Notes: a model not told the origin generated them from the sequence alone. Counted from the stretch's first letter, positions 10,407 to 21,497 are shown. The stretch: 64,000 nucleotides of DNA from a virus (IMGVR_UViG_3300031992_004563:96001-160000); one strand, 5' to 3'. Translations and numbers: made by a program.

Positions 10407-11137
10407 TTAAATATTAAATTATTTCCTCTATTTGTTCTATTATTTACAAAAACCACCTAATCTCTACTTGGCATTGTTGGTATTGGTTCTTTTATCTAAT
10501 TTTCTGTTCTATCAATCTTTGTTTCAACCGCGCCTTGGAATTTAAGCATTCCATCATCAGGATTCATATTCATTTTAACACGATTACCATTTTCATCTCT
10601 ATAATAAATGTCAAAATAATTATATTTAAATCCCCATGTAAATGTATTAAATGAACCAGGTTTAGCTGCATATGATAAATCAAAATCACTTAAACTTACA
10701 GGTGTTAATTGATAATATGTATATGTAATATTTTCAAAACCACCTTCATCTAATATTGTTACATTAATAGGTGGAAAATATAATGGTCTTTGCTTACCAT
10801 ATTTTAAATATAAATCCATTTGTTGGCGTGCAATAAAATATGTCATATAACTCTCTGACAATTTAATTGTAAGAGTTAAATCTTTTCCCATATCTTGATC
10901 TAACTATCTACCAGAACGTTTAGTAATTTGATAGTTTTGATTCTATTGTGTCACTGAATTTGATGCAACACTTGGAAATGATAGTGTTGTTATTTGTGAA
11001 TTAAACATATCTTCTACTGTTAAATATGGTAAAAACATACGTTTAAAAACAGGTGTCCAAAGCTTAACAACTTCATCGTAAAAGAAGTTTGCAGGTAGCC
11101 AAATAACAAAATTCTATGATAATGGATTTAATAACAT
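10403..11137 (-). CDS. tail tube terminator/tail tube-fold protein (T4 gp3-like), 244 aa, TAG-recoded
   Basis: Extends track ORF 10496..10891 in both directions; VTILDEGG..TYYQLTPVSLSDFDLSY...TWGFKYNYFDI resembles the gp3/gp19 C-terminal pattern. Confidence 0.6.
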
Positions 11138-11177
11138 TTATGTAAATTTATATGTTTTTATATTTATTTTTATGAAA

Positions 11178-11205
11178 AAACTTTATGAGTTGATGTCCGT
11201 ATAAT
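11178..11205 (+). promoter_or_regulatory. putative phage promoter AAACTTT-N15-TATAAT
   Basis: Recurrent motif in a divergent intergenic region. Confidence 0.6.
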
Positions 11206-11232
11206 AAATAACAAAGTTATTTAATTAGATGA

Positions 11233-11505
11233 ATGAACTAGATACACGTGAACATACCTCAAATTCAATGGTTTAATCATGGTGAAAAGACTATTGAAGA
11301 ATTAGATAATTTATCATTATAGAGATTTAACATTAAAAATATCAAATCAGTCGACGACTACAAAGATTTAAAGAATTTTTATGCTTTTAAGGTGCTTGAT
11401 TTAGATGAAAAATCTGAAACAGGCTATTATGGTATGTTCATTAATAAAGAATATGCGGCAGCAGTTAAAGCTGCATTAGATAAATGGAAAAATAGCAAAA
11501 AATAA
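11233..11505 (+). CDS. hypothetical protein (90 aa, 2 TAG; absent from the ORF track)
   Basis: MN*IHVNIPQIQWFNHG...ALDKWKNSKK then TAA, ending 4 nt before the next ATG. Confidence 0.7.
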
Positions 11506-11509
11506 TATT

Positions 11510-12313
11510 ATGAATAAAAATTTAAATGAGGCATTATCTATAGCAAATGAAATATTAGAAGAAACAATATTAATACATAATAATATTGAAAATGATATAT
11601 TATCACAAACAGATAATGATTATGCTGGTAAATATTATTATGGTAAATTTAATAAAAATATTTTTGGTTTAGATTTTACAGTTCAATATAAATGTTACAC
11701 TGAAATAGAAAATTATAATGTATTACATGGAAGAACAACAATTAAAGATAGATTATTAGAATTAATTGTTTATAATGGTTTTAAAACATTTGATAATATC
11801 TTAATTCATGAACTTTTACATATATATCAATATGTTAAAAATAAAATAGATTATGATGAACAAGGTGCTAATAAAGAATTGTATAAAATTGTTGGAAATA
11901 TTTTAGGTGATAGAGATCGTAATTACTTAGATATAGAAAAAACATTTGCAGGAGCATTATATTTGACATTTCCTTATGAACAAGATGCAATGGCGCATGG
12001 ATTATATATGACATTAGATAATTTTCCATCAGTAATGATTAATAATGTTGTAAAAAATACTGATGAATATTTATATTTAACAGATCTTAAGTATGCAATA
12101 GATAATATTGATATTTTTGATGAAGCTTTATTTAATAATTTATTGACAAAAAATAAGTTTTTAAATATGTGTAAGAAATCATATAATAGATATAAAACAA
12201 AAATTGAACATGTTGTTCAACATATTATAGATGATAAATCAAAATTAAATGAAGGATTGACACATTTTATTCCTTCTCATCATATAGAACGTATAAAAAA
12301 TAATAAACAATAA
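11510..12313 (+). CDS. putative zincin-like metallopeptidase
   Basis: HELLH motif with downstream EQDA. Confidence 0.55.
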   Translation: MNKNLNEALSIANEILEETILIHNNIENDILSQTDNDYAGKYYYGKFNKNIFGLDFTVQYKCYTEIENYNVLHGRTTIKDRLLELIVYNGFKTFDNILIHELLHIYQYVKNKIDYDEQGANKELYKIVGNILGDRDRNYLDIEKTFAGALYLTFPYEQDAMAHGLYMTLDNFPSVMINNVVKNTDEYLYLTDLKYAIDNIDIFDEALFNNLLTKNKFLNMCKKSYNRYKTKIEHVVQHIIDDKSKLNEGLTHFIPSHHIERIKNNKQ

Positions 12314-12314
12314 T

Positions 12315-12656
12315 ATGGATAAAAAACAACCTACACCCACTGTAGCAGCATTTGGTGTTGAATCTCAACCTACACCTGTTGTAGCACCATCTGGTACTGA
12401 ATCTCAACCAATGACGTATGAGCATGTAAATCACCCAAATCATTATAACAATTATGACATTGAAGTAATTGATATGATGGAAAAAATTTGGGGGCCTGCA
12501 TATCTTTATATTTGGTGTACCCTTACAGCTTTTAAATATCGTATGAGAATGGGTACAAAACCAGGCGAAGATATTATTACCGACATAAATAAAGAAAAAT
12601 GGTATCTTGATAAAGCAGCAGAACTTAAAGAAAAATTAAATCAACAAAAGAAATGA
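12315..12656 (+). CDS. DUF3310 family protein (T7 gp1.7/SaV-like)
   Basis: VNHPNHYN...IEVID...AFKYRMR.G.K...DI.KEKWYL. Confidence 0.8.
   Translation: MDKKQPTPTVAAFGVESQPTPVVAPSGTESQPMTYEHVNHPNHYNNYDIEVIDMMEKIWGPAYLYIWCTLTAFKYRMRMGTKPGEDIITDINKEKWYLDKAAELKEKLNQQKK
12326..12408 (+). repeat. imperfect 39-bp tandem repeat (QPTPxVAxxGxES) x2
   Basis: caacctacacccactgtagcagcatttggtgttgaatct / caacctacacctgttgtagcaccatctggtactgaatct. Confidence 0.8.
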
Positions 12657-14014
12657 AAACTAAAGAAGATTTATTAAAACGTGTTAATGAATTGACCGAA
12701 TATTTTAATTTACGTGGTTGGCATCAACATATTGATCGTAGCCGTTATAGTTGTGATGCAATTAAAGATCTTGAAAAATCAGATGATATGATTAATTTTT
12801 TAATTGAATTGGTTAATATCATGAAGAAATACAATATTTCTGCGTCTGGTGTAAATGGCCATTGGTGCAATTTTCATACAATAACTGAAAACCAAGATGA
12901 TGAAACACGATTTGGAGTATCAAATATGTGGTATCTTCTCAAATCTCAAGAAGAAATGGATGAAGAAATAGAAAAAGGCAAAAAAGCACAATATGAGCGA
13001 ATGTTAAATAATCGTGTAAAATTTTCTTTACCAGAAGATTTAAAACTTTCAAAATATCCTGATGAAGATGAGGATGATTGTAAGTGTTTAGAACCAGAAG
13101 AAGAAACAGAATGTGCAGATGAGCAAGAAATAGAATCAAAAGATTTTAATGCAGAATTTACAGGTGATATTGAAACATATGTAAAAGTAAATCATTTAGA
13201 AACATTTATAAGTAAAGATGATAAAATAAAAGAGATATGTAATAAATTAGTACAGGTACTTAATAAATATCGTTTCTATAATGGTCAAATTGAAATAAAA
13301 AATCCAGAAGAAATTATTAATAAAATTCAATTAGAATTAATAATGGATAATTCTAATAGTGTTGATGAAAAAAATGAAGAATCATATGCAGTATTAGTCA
13401 AAAATGTATTATTTAAATATATAGAATCATATTATGAAGATTCATATGATGTTACACAATATTCTTTAAAAAATTCAATTAATAACTCATGTATAATTGT
13501 TAATATTGAAGATAATATTAGTATTAAAAACATTGAAATTACTGAGCCTAAATGGCTATTAGATGAACCTATTAATGATGGCTTTTTTGAATCTGACAAT
13601 GAAGTTGATGATAGAGATGATGAAGATGATGAATATGAAGAATTATGTGATTATGATGCAATTGGCTCATTTACAGCCGATATTGAATTAAATATTGGAA
13701 AAGTTGAATCTAATGATGTAGATGAAGATTTGATAAATACATGTTATGAGAAAGTATATGATATTCTTGAGAGTGATGGTGTTTCAATAGATTCGGATGA
13801 AGATGAATTATTTGAAAGAATAAAAATTAAAGAGCTTAAAGATGGAACGACTTTAGTAACTATTGATGAAGTAGAATGTTCTGTACGAGTAGATATTCAA
13901 GCATCTTGTTTAGATGAAGCTAATGATGAAAGATGGTCAGCATTTGATAATATTATATGTTCACTTGATTATCTAAAAAATATTAGAAATGAGCATGTGT
14001 CAGAAGCTGATTGA
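12653..14014 (+). CDS. acidic hypothetical protein
   Basis: 453-aa ORF, D/E-rich. Confidence 0.8.
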   Translation: MKTKEDLLKRVNELTEYFNLRGWHQHIDRSRYSCDAIKDLEKSDDMINFLIELVNIMKKYNISASGVNGHWCNFHTITENQDDETRFGVSNMWYLLKSQEEMDEEIEKGKKAQYERMLNNRVKFSLPEDLKLSKYPDEDEDDCKCLEPEEETECADEQEIESKDFNAEFTGDIETYVKVNHLETFISKDDKIKEICNKLVQVLNKYRFYNGQIEIKNPEEIINKIQLELIMDNSNSVDEKNEESYAVLVKNVLFKYIESYYEDSYDVTQYSLKNSINNSCIIVNIEDNISIKNIEITEPKWLLDEPINDGFFESDNEVDDRDDEDDEYEELCDYDAIGSFTADIELNIGKVESNDVDEDLINTCYEKVYDILESDGVSIDSDEDELFERIKIKELKDGTTLVTIDEVECSVRVDIQASCLDEANDERWSAFDNIICSLDYLKNIRNEHVSEAD

Positions 14015-14055
14015 TTTCTAACACATATAAATAATAAAATGAAATTAGTTGAATA

Positions 14056-16059
14056 ATGAATAATCATTGGAAACGCATCGAGGGGATTGGTTTAGGAATA
14101 GTCGCATTTGAGGGGACAGAACATCTTGCTAATATAATCACTGAATTTAGGGATATTGTTGATTATGTTGTTATTGGTCTTCAAAGAAAATCATATCATG
14201 GAGACCCAATTGATCCAACAGATTTAAATGAAATATTTAGATTAAAGGATGAGGATCATTTAGTTGATAATGTTCTTGAAGTAGAATTAGATACTAAAAA
14301 AGAACCTAGAATTCAAGAAACTGATAAACGAAATATGCTTATTCAAGATATTGAAAATCATGGCTGTTCACATGCAATTATTATAGATTCTGATGAATAT
14401 TATACACATAAAAGTATTTTAAGAGCTGTACAGGAAATTGATGAAAATGATTATGAAATAACATATTGTCAATATGTTAATTATTATGCAGATTATAATC
14501 ATTTCTTAGTATATCCATTTAAAGATGGAATGTATGTTCCATTTATAACAAAAACTAAATATAGACATTCATTTGAATGTTATGACACCGTTAATGGGCA
14601 TAGATTCCAATTTCCTGATTTTGCGCTTCCGTCAGACCCAACTAGAAGATATGTTAGGCCATTTGATAGAATTGATATTGTTCAATTACCTCAAGGCCAA
14701 ACAATTAAAGATGCTTCTGGACAACAACTAAGCTGGATGCCTAAAAAACACTATTTAGTTGAATATCATATTTTCCCATGGGAAACCGTTAAGATGCATC
14801 ACTTATCATGGCTTCGTGCCGATATGAGAAAAAAGGTTAATAACTGGTCATCAAAAACATGCTTTCAAAATTATAATGACTTAATTGATAAAGCAATAGA
14901 TGTATATAATCATTTTGATCATGAATCAAAAGAACAACAAATGGCATCATTATTATTTAATACTCCAAATCATGAAGTATTTGTAAGAGCCTTCCCTAAA
15001 CAATATATACATCCAAAATATGATTATCAAACCAGACTTCGCCCAGTAAGAAATGAAAAGAAAATTGCTATTATGAATTTGTCTACAACTAATAGCAAAA
15101 TTCATTTATATGAAAAATTAGAACAATGCGGACAAGAAACATGGGCAAAAGATATTATTAACGGTAAATATCCAAACATAGATTATTGGGCAGTTATCGA
15201 TTGTCATGAAGAATCACATATTGATTTAGATAAACATATCATTTATATTAAAACTGACTATACAAAAGATAATATTCAACAATTATTGCAACGCTGGTTA
15301 AGTGCATATGAATTAGTATCTAAACATAAAACATATGATTATATTGTTAGAACTAATATTTCAACTTGGGTAAATGTGGAATTTATTAATGAAATGCTTG
15401 CATATGAAACAGATGATTCTAAAATCTTTTCTCATTGTTTCCAAACTGCATTTTGGTCAAGTTTTAATATATATCCACAAGGATCAATGATGGTATGGTC
15501 AGCCAGAAATATTCAAGTTTTGAAAGACTTAATTAATCAAACTTCACAGGATTTATTAAATGCGGTATATGATGATGTATTAATAGGAATATTATGGAAA
15601 CGCCGTGCTGAATATATAGGATTAACTAATTATATAAATTGCTATACTTCGCTTGATGGAAATTGTTTAAGAGAAGAATATGATAAAATTAATTGGGAGA
15701 ATGTTGAAATCCTTCCAACAATGCAAATAAAAACCCGTTCAATAAATGAAACATTGGCTAAAGATGAAACATATAGATTAAATAATGATATCCCAAAAAT
15801 GAAAAAATATGATGAACAATATAGAAATTGGAGAAGTTCATTATCATATGAAGAATTTACTAAATACGTTAAAGATTATATGAAATATAACATAAATAAA
15901 TTCATTAATGTATTAGGTATGACAAGGAATGAATGGATTAATGGAAAATGGGAAGATAAAGAATTATCATTACATAATTATATGCAATATAATCAAAAAA
16001 CATTAGATTGGCTAAAAAACAAACGAATTGAATGCGGATATGAAAAAAAGGAGGATTAA
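14056..16059 (+). CDS. putative glycosyltransferase (GT-A-like, probably two domains)
   Basis: ETDKRN...IIIDSDEYY, MHHLSWLR; second domain YDYIVRTNIS...DDVLIG. Confidence 0.65.
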   Translation: MNNHWKRIEGIGLGIVAFEGTEHLANIITEFRDIVDYVVIGLQRKSYHGDPIDPTDLNEIFRLKDEDHLVDNVLEVELDTKKEPRIQETDKRNMLIQDIENHGCSHAIIIDSDEYYTHKSILRAVQEIDENDYEITYCQYVNYYADYNHFLVYPFKDGMYVPFITKTKYRHSFECYDTVNGHRFQFPDFALPSDPTRRYVRPFDRIDIVQLPQGQTIKDASGQQLSWMPKKHYLVEYHIFPWETVKMHHLSWLRADMRKKVNNWSSKTCFQNYNDLIDKAIDVYNHFDHESKEQQMASLLFNTPNHEVFVRAFPKQYIHPKYDYQTRLRPVRNEKKIAIMNLSTTNSKIHLYEKLEQCGQETWAKDIINGKYPNIDYWAVIDCHEESHIDLDKHIIYIKTDYTKDNIQQLLQRWLSAYELVSKHKTYDYIVRTNISTWVNVEFINEMLAYETDDSKIFSHCFQTAFWSSFNIYPQGSMMVWSARNIQVLKDLINQTSQDLLNAVYDDVLIGILWKRRAEYIGLTNYINCYTSLDGNCLREEYDKINWENVEILPTMQIKTRSINETLAKDETYRLNNDIPKMKKYDEQYRNWRSSLSYEEFTKYVKDYMKYNINKFINVLGMTRNEWINGKWEDKELSLHNYMQYNQKTLDWLKNKRIECGYEKKED

Positions 16060-16075
16060 TTCCTCCTTTATTTTT
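16046..16075. terminator. bidirectional terminator
   Basis: aaaggagga-ttaat-tcctccttt between convergent genes. Confidence 0.75.
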
Positions 16076-16637
16076 ATAATAAACCAAGCTACTAAAAGGT
16101 TCGTTCAGTTATTACCATGAATTCGGCCCCACGTGATTCAAAGTATTCTTTAGCAGCTGACCATTTACTTTGGTTTGTTAAATATGTTTGTGCAGCTTTA
16201 TTATAGGCTTTATGATCTTTTAATGTTGCAGTTTCAGTTAATGGCTTTGGACACTGTGTTTGATCATATGGTTTTACTTCAATAAAAATTCTCTTTTTTC
16301 CATCTGGTTTCGATTCATCAGCAAGTTCAATCCAAAAATCAGTGTAATAAGTTCTTGGCTTCCAATACTATGGATTATTTGGATCTAAATTATTTTTCAT
16401 ACAATAATCTAAATTGCCAACTGGATCTAAATATTTAACACCAATTGGTTCAGACGCTACTTTAAGAATTAAAGGATTTTCATCAGCCCAACGCATAAAT
16501 AAAAATTCCCAACTACTTCTATAGACATTATTTAAAGTTAGCCATTTTTCAGGATGTTTTGGTGTATAATATCCCTAATGGTATTTAACTTTATCACTTA
16601 TAATAGGTTTATGTGTATATTTATATTGATCGTTCAT
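16074..16637 (-). CDS. head completion nuclease (T4 gp4-like, TnsA-type fold), 187 aa, 4 TAG; absent from the ORF track
   Basis: YH*GYYTPKHPEKW...YRSSWEFLFMRWADENP...SEP...YYTDFW...IEVKP..QT..P...N.SKWSAAK...FMVITE. Confidence 0.9.
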
Positions 16638-16638
16638 A

Positions 16639-16665
16639 AAACTTTATTAGTTTTTTGTATATAAT
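16639..16665 (+). promoter_or_regulatory. putative phage promoter AAACTTT-N14-TATAAT
   Basis: Recurrent motif. Confidence 0.6.
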
Positions 16666-16697
16666 TATTGAGTTTTTAAGAAATTTTAATATTTATT

Positions 16698-17198
16698 ATG
16701 GCGAGAAAAAAGGCTGAAAATACAGAAGAAATTAAAAAACCAAAGGCTATTAGCCCATTTGATATTATTAAAATGATGTTTACAGATGTAAATGCATTTA
16801 ATAATTTGTCAAACATAATATTGGCAAAGAATTTCTTTATGATTAATAGAATTCTTTCTATTATGTTTCCAATGCAAGCACAATGTTTTAATAATGTTGA
16901 AATTAATCAAGCTGAAGTTATTAGAACATGGCAAAGATTTGTAACTGCTAAAATGGGATATGGACGAGTGCCAGGATTTGTATATACAAAAGGCGCAAAA
17001 GCTACGCAAGAATTAAATAAACTTGATGATATTTCTAAAGAAAATAAAGAATCTTATTGTAAACATTACCAAATATCTTTACGGGATTTTGATGATATGC
17101 TTTATTTTACACACGATAGTGTAATAGAGCATTTTAACAATTTTGTGAAAATTAATTCACAATCTGAACAAAATAAAACATTTACAAAATCTAAATAA
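16698..17198 (+). CDS. possible clamp loader small subunit (T4 gp62-like)
   Basis: SPFDII...NFFMINRILS...AQCFN pattern. Confidence 0.45.
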   Translation: MARKKAENTEEIKKPKAISPFDIIKMMFTDVNAFNNLSNIILAKNFFMINRILSIMFPMQAQCFNNVEINQAEVIRTWQRFVTAKMGYGRVPGFVYTKGAKATQELNKLDDISKENKESYCKHYQISLRDFDDMLYFTHDSVIEHFNNFVKINSQSEQNKTFTKSK

Positions 17199-17200
17199 TT

Positions 17201-17392
17201 ATGACACCAAAGTATTTTAATTTAAAAGAACAATATGCAATTTTATCAAATATTGCTAAACATATAAATATACTTAATGAGATAAAATATACATATGGCG
17301 CAGGAAATATGACAGTTGATGAATTGGATAAATTTTTATCTGAACGATATGCTAAAATAGAACAAGATATTGAACAAGAAATAAAAAGTTAA
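17201..17392 (+). CDS. hypothetical protein
   Basis: ORF in operon packing. Confidence 0.65.
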   Translation: MTPKYFNLKEQYAILSNIAKHINILNEIKYTYGAGNMTVDELDKFLSERYAKIEQDIEQEIKS

Positions 17393-17393
17393 C

Positions 17394-17807
17394 ATGGAAA
17401 ATAATTTTGTAAATATTGAAAATGCTAAACTATTAAAAGAACTTGGGTATAATATTCCATGTAAAAGTAGATTTGCAGATATAGATTATATTCATCCATT
17501 AGATATTACTTTAAGTAATATTGAAGATTGTAAAGAAGAAAAAAATTGGAATGCTACAGAAGATAGTGTATCGGTTCCAGAATTTGAAGATGTAAGAACT
17601 TGGCTGCATAAAAAATATAATGTTGGAATAGGAATAACACCATCATTTTGGGAAATTAATTTAGGACATGAAGTTGATGATCCATATACATGGTTTTGCC
17701 GATCAAGTTTTGGTATATCTGATGGTACAAATTTTAATGAAGTTTATAATAAAGAATTAAAAAGAGTTTTAATGAACTTATTAAAAATAGAAAAAGATTA
17801 TGAGTAA
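17394..17807 (+). CDS. conserved-looking phage hypothetical protein
   Basis: FV..E.AKLLKELGY..PC...VP....V..WL..K motif. Confidence 0.7.
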   Translation: MENNFVNIENAKLLKELGYNIPCKSRFADIDYIHPLDITLSNIEDCKEEKNWNATEDSVSVPEFEDVRTWLHKKYNVGIGITPSFWEINLGHEVDDPYTWFCRSSFGISDGTNFNEVYNKELKRVLMNLLKIEKDYE

Positions 17808-18342
17808 AAAACAAGAAAACACTAAGAAAGAAAAAGTGGAAGCACCTAAAATGGAATGTGCAAGTAATGAAACTGTAAATTCATCAGTATCGAATGCTCA
17901 AGCAGAAGAGCCAAATTTTAAAGATTTGTATCTTCGTACACTTGCTGATATGGATAATCTTCGTAAAAATACTAATAAACGTATTTCTGAGATTTATCAA
18001 TCTGCAAATGAAAAAATTATTTATGAAATGCTTTCATATTTAGATTCTTTAAATTTAGCAGTTGAACATGAAGCGTGTAGATTAGATACAAATGAATATA
18101 ATGATGGGTTTGAGGCATTACAATCACAATTTAAAAGTATTCTTAGTAGATTTGGTGTAAAAGAAATTGAAATTCTTGCAGTTGAACCATTTGATGATTC
18201 AAAAATGAATGCAATTATGACAATGGCAACTAAAGATAAAAATTTGCATAATAAAGTATGTGATGTAACAAAAAAGGGTTATATGTTATATGATAAAGTT
18301 CTTCGTTATGCAGATGTAGTGGTTTATAATTATTCAGAATAA
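17800..18342 (+). CDS. grpE: nucleotide exchange factor GrpE
   Basis: YLRTLADMDNLRK, LDSL..A, FD....AI, KGY.L.DKVLR.A.VVV. Confidence 0.93.
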   Translation: MSKKQENTKKEKVEAPKMECASNETVNSSVSNAQAEEPNFKDLYLRTLADMDNLRKNTNKRISEIYQSANEKIIYEMLSYLDSLNLAVEHEACRLDTNEYNDGFEALQSQFKSILSRFGVKEIEILAVEPFDDSKMNAIMTMATKDKNLHNKVCDVTKKGYMLYDKVLRYADVVVYNYSE

Positions 18343-18355
18343 AATTTTTTAAAGT

Positions 18356-18628
18356 ATGCAAGCAAATTATAGAATTATTAAAATTGGAAAAAAGTATTTT
18401 CCACAATCTCGATTTCAACATGTTGTAACAGTAGGAAAGGTCGATATTCAGCCTATTCATGATTGGATATATTTTAAAGATGCACATGGAGATGACCAAT
18501 GGTTTAATACATATGAAGAAGCATTAAATGCATGTATTGAAGACGAGAAAACAGAAGTATTCGATGAAATTACTGAAGTTACAATTAATCACGGGAAAGT
18601 GATAGAAGAGCAAAAAGTATTTGCTTAA
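18356..18628 (+). CDS. hypothetical protein
   Basis: YRII...YFPQ...W...FNTYEEA motif. Confidence 0.7.
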   Translation: MQANYRIIKIGKKYFPQSRFQHVVTVGKVDIQPIHDWIYFKDAHGDDQWFNTYEEALNACIEDEKTEVFDEITEVTINHGKVIEEQKVFA

Positions 18629-18671
18629 AAAGAATTTGCAACATAACAATAAAAATTATTTTTATGTATAA

Positions 18672-18863
18672 ATGATAAATTATCCAGATATTGATTGGCA
18701 TAATCAATGTAAAGTTTGTTTAAAAGCATTAAATACATCTCATTGTATGAAAAATCAAGGATTTATTGAGAAACTTAATACAATGAAGAATGAATATATT
18801 GGTGATGTGGAGTTTGAATGTGAATATTTCTCTCCAGATAATGAAAAATTGAAAAATAATTAA
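18672..18863 (+). CDS. small Cys-containing hypothetical protein
   Basis: CxxC...C...C. Confidence 0.6.
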   Translation: MINYPDIDWHNQCKVCLKALNTSHCMKNQGFIEKLNTMKNEYIGDVEFECEYFSPDNEKLKNN

Positions 18864-18864
18864 T

Positions 18865-19539
18865 ATGAAAGAAAGCACAGAAGAAAATATTATTGATGTT
18901 CAAAAAAATTATTCTGAAGAAATTATTTCAGAAATTCAAAACGCAATAGATTCTAATAATGCATCAATAAAAGTATTATCAAATATTGATGAATTGCCAA
19001 AAGTAATTTTTATAGATAACGCAAAAATTGTTTTAACATACATAAATAATAGGTATGATAGTTGTTTATATCTAGAAAATTGTATGGATAAGGAAACATC
19101 TAAAAAATGGAGATCCGAATCACCATATGTATTCTATCATAAAGATTGGAAACGATTAAATAAAAATGTAGATATTTTTGCCAATAATAATTATATTGAA
19201 TTAAGATTTAATGTAAAAGATGCAGAAATAGTTGTACTATTACGTAGAGTTGATTTAGAATTGGCAGAAAATACATTTGCATTGATGGAATATGGTGAAG
19301 TATGTTACAATGATGCTCATTATACAATTATTAAAGCATTTTCACCAACAATTGGAGAAAGTTATTCAAGTAAATCAATGCTTGAAAATACCAATTATAT
19401 AGAAAAATTATATGATAATTATGGGTCTGAAATTATATTTGGCGCAGATGGCAAATATAATATTGCAAGTAGTGATGAAGACAATACTACAATGTCAATT
19501 GATGAAATTCCAGATCCAGAATCAGAAGAATTATTTTAA
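18865..19539 (+). CDS. hypothetical protein
   Basis: 224-aa ORF. Confidence 0.75.
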   Translation: MKESTEENIIDVQKNYSEEIISEIQNAIDSNNASIKVLSNIDELPKVIFIDNAKIVLTYINNRYDSCLYLENCMDKETSKKWRSESPYVFYHKDWKRLNKNVDIFANNNYIELRFNVKDAEIVVLLRRVDLELAENTFALMEYGEVCYNDAHYTIIKAFSPTIGESYSSKSMLENTNYIEKLYDNYGSEIIFGADGKYNIASSDEDNTTMSIDEIPDPESEELF

Positions 19540-19541
19540 TT

Positions 19542-20381
19542 ATGAGTAAGGAAGAATTAATAGAAGTTTTTAAAGATACCGAAGATCTTTATACAAATTA
19601 TTCTGGTATTGAAGATGCTGCAGAATATTGCAAGAAACATACGCATATATATGATAATATTATTATAAAGAAACGTGACAATATATATCCATGTCCAGCA
19701 CTCATTAAAGTTACAAATAGAGATACAATAACTGCCGCTCAGGAATATTCTAAAATTGCAGATACAATGGATGATGGATTTGCTGGAATTCTTAATTTTG
19801 CATCAGCAACAACACCTGGTGGTGGAGTAACTAAAGGAAGTTCTGCACAAGAAGAATGTATATGTAGATGCTCTACATTATATCCAGCATTAAATCAAAG
19901 AAAATGTTGGGACAAATATTATAATGTTAATAGAGCGTCTGGAACTAATCTTGGAAGCGATACCATTATTTATACACAGGATGTTTTAATCATAAAAGAT
20001 AAAAATTATAAACGTCTTAATGATACATTTTATGTTGATGTAATTACTTGTGCAGCTCCTAATCTTAGAGAAAAACCAAATAATTTATATAATGATGGTG
20101 CAAGTAAAACGCAATTAACACTTACAGACGAGGAATTATATGATATTCATGTAAAAAGAGCAAAATGTATTTTTGAAGTTGCCATTGAACAAGGCATAGA
20201 TTATTTGGTTCTTGGTGCTTTTGGATGTGGTGCATTTAAAAACAATCCAGAAATAGTTGCTAAAGCATATAATGATGTATTGTCAGAATATAAGTATAAT
20301 TTTAAAATTATTGATTTTGCAATTATTGATGGTAAAAATTCAAATAATTATGAAGTATTTAAACGAATTTTACTTCAATAA
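19542..20381 (+). CDS. TIGR02452/DUF2263 macrodomain protein (bacterial-type PARG)
   Basis: LNFASATTPGGG...GSSAQEECICRCSTLY, ITCAAPN, VLGAFGCGAFKN.P. Confidence 0.9.
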   Translation: MSKEELIEVFKDTEDLYTNYSGIEDAAEYCKKHTHIYDNIIIKKRDNIYPCPALIKVTNRDTITAAQEYSKIADTMDDGFAGILNFASATTPGGGVTKGSSAQEECICRCSTLYPALNQRKCWDKYYNVNRASGTNLGSDTIIYTQDVLIIKDKNYKRLNDTFYVDVITCAAPNLREKPNNLYNDGASKTQLTLTDEELYDIHVKRAKCIFEVAIEQGIDYLVLGAFGCGAFKNNPEIVAKAYNDVLSEYKYNFKIIDFAIIDGKNSNNYEVFKRILLQ

Positions 20382-20420
20382 ATAAGAAAAGAATTTTAAT
20401 AAAAAATAAAAATTAAAATT

Positions 20421-21482
20421 ATGATTAAACCCATTGAAAAATTAAAAGAGCAATCTGCAAAGTACATTAAAGATTTTATGCTTAATTGTACTATTGAAGA
20501 AAAAATAGATACACATTATGTTTGTGTAGAAGTCATTGCTAAAAATGAAATTAAAATTAAAAAAGCCAATGGAAAAGAAATAGATCGAGTTGATTTAATT
20601 CTTAATTCTATGTGGAGTAAATTATTTCTTGATTGGAATTATCTTTTACTTTCTAATAAAGAATGGTTTGAAAATCATGTTGGATATGGAATAAAAATGT
20701 TTTATTTTCCATGTGAAAAACCTATTAATACATTATATGATAAAGATTTAAGATATATTTTTGATTATGCATATTTTAAAGATGAAATTTATGATGTAGA
20801 AAAGGTATTATCAGATTTAAAATTTCCTGATGCATATAAAGTTAATTATAAATGTTTATTGAATAAAGTTAGTGTTAGTTCAATTCGAGCCATTTATCAA
20901 CACCATATACAAAAACTATTAAATGGAGAAGATGATTTCACTACAGTGTTCATGAGGCTTATCAAAGATGATTCTAAGATATATGCAATAGAAAAACCTG
21001 AAGGATTTATATTTAAATTTAATAAGAAAATTTTCCAAATAGAAAATAATAAAATTGAAATTGATCCTCAAGAAAAATCAAGTTATGAGTTTTTACTTTC
21101 AGATTTTATCAAATTTTCTAAAATGCATAATTATATTGATAGAGTTAATGCGTCATATACAAAAACAGTATGTAATCTTTTTAACAATTATATAATTAAT
21201 GGTGAAAAGATTAATCATACTATAGAGAATAATATAGATATAAAAGGAATTGAAAGCCCTTACATTGGAGAAAAATTCGATATTGGATATGAATATGTTC
21301 CAGATCAAGTAACAAAAGAACTTTGTAAAGAATCAGAACTTTATAAGAATATATTTAAAGTGCTTCTTGCAAATCTACGAAAGGGCAAAGATGAAACACA
21401 TTGTATATTTTTAACTAAGAAAGAAGTTAATGACTGGAATCTAATGATGAAGTCTATAAAAATGAGAAACCTCTACATTTAA
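20421..21482 (+). CDS. hypothetical protein (possible degenerate ligase-like fold)
   Basis: IEEKID and PEGFIFK motifs weakly recall nucleotidyltransferase motifs I and IV. Confidence 0.6.
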   Translation: MIKPIEKLKEQSAKYIKDFMLNCTIEEKIDTHYVCVEVIAKNEIKIKKANGKEIDRVDLILNSMWSKLFLDWNYLLLSNKEWFENHVGYGIKMFYFPCEKPINTLYDKDLRYIFDYAYFKDEIYDVEKVLSDLKFPDAYKVNYKCLLNKVSVSSIRAIYQHHIQKLLNGEDDFTTVFMRLIKDDSKIYAIEKPEGFIFKFNKKIFQIENNKIEIDPQEKSSYEFLLSDFIKFSKMHNYIDRVNASYTKTVCNLFNNYIINGEKINHTIENNIDIKGIESPYIGEKFDIGYEYVPDQVTKELCKESELYKNIFKVLLANLRKGKDETHCIFLTKKEVNDWNLMMKSIKMRNLYI

Positions 21483-21497
21483 TTGTAGAGGTTTTTT
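21466..21497. terminator. bidirectional terminator
   Basis: aaacctctaca-tttaat-tgtagaggttt followed by T-run. Confidence 0.8.

Noticed and set aside
5247-11137. Apparent pseudogene graveyard of fragmented ORFs (also 21.5-28 kb and 43-48.5 kb)
   Set aside because: All breaks are TAG in a single frame, and the genes end neatly at TAA/TGA next to the following start. This is recoding, not decay.
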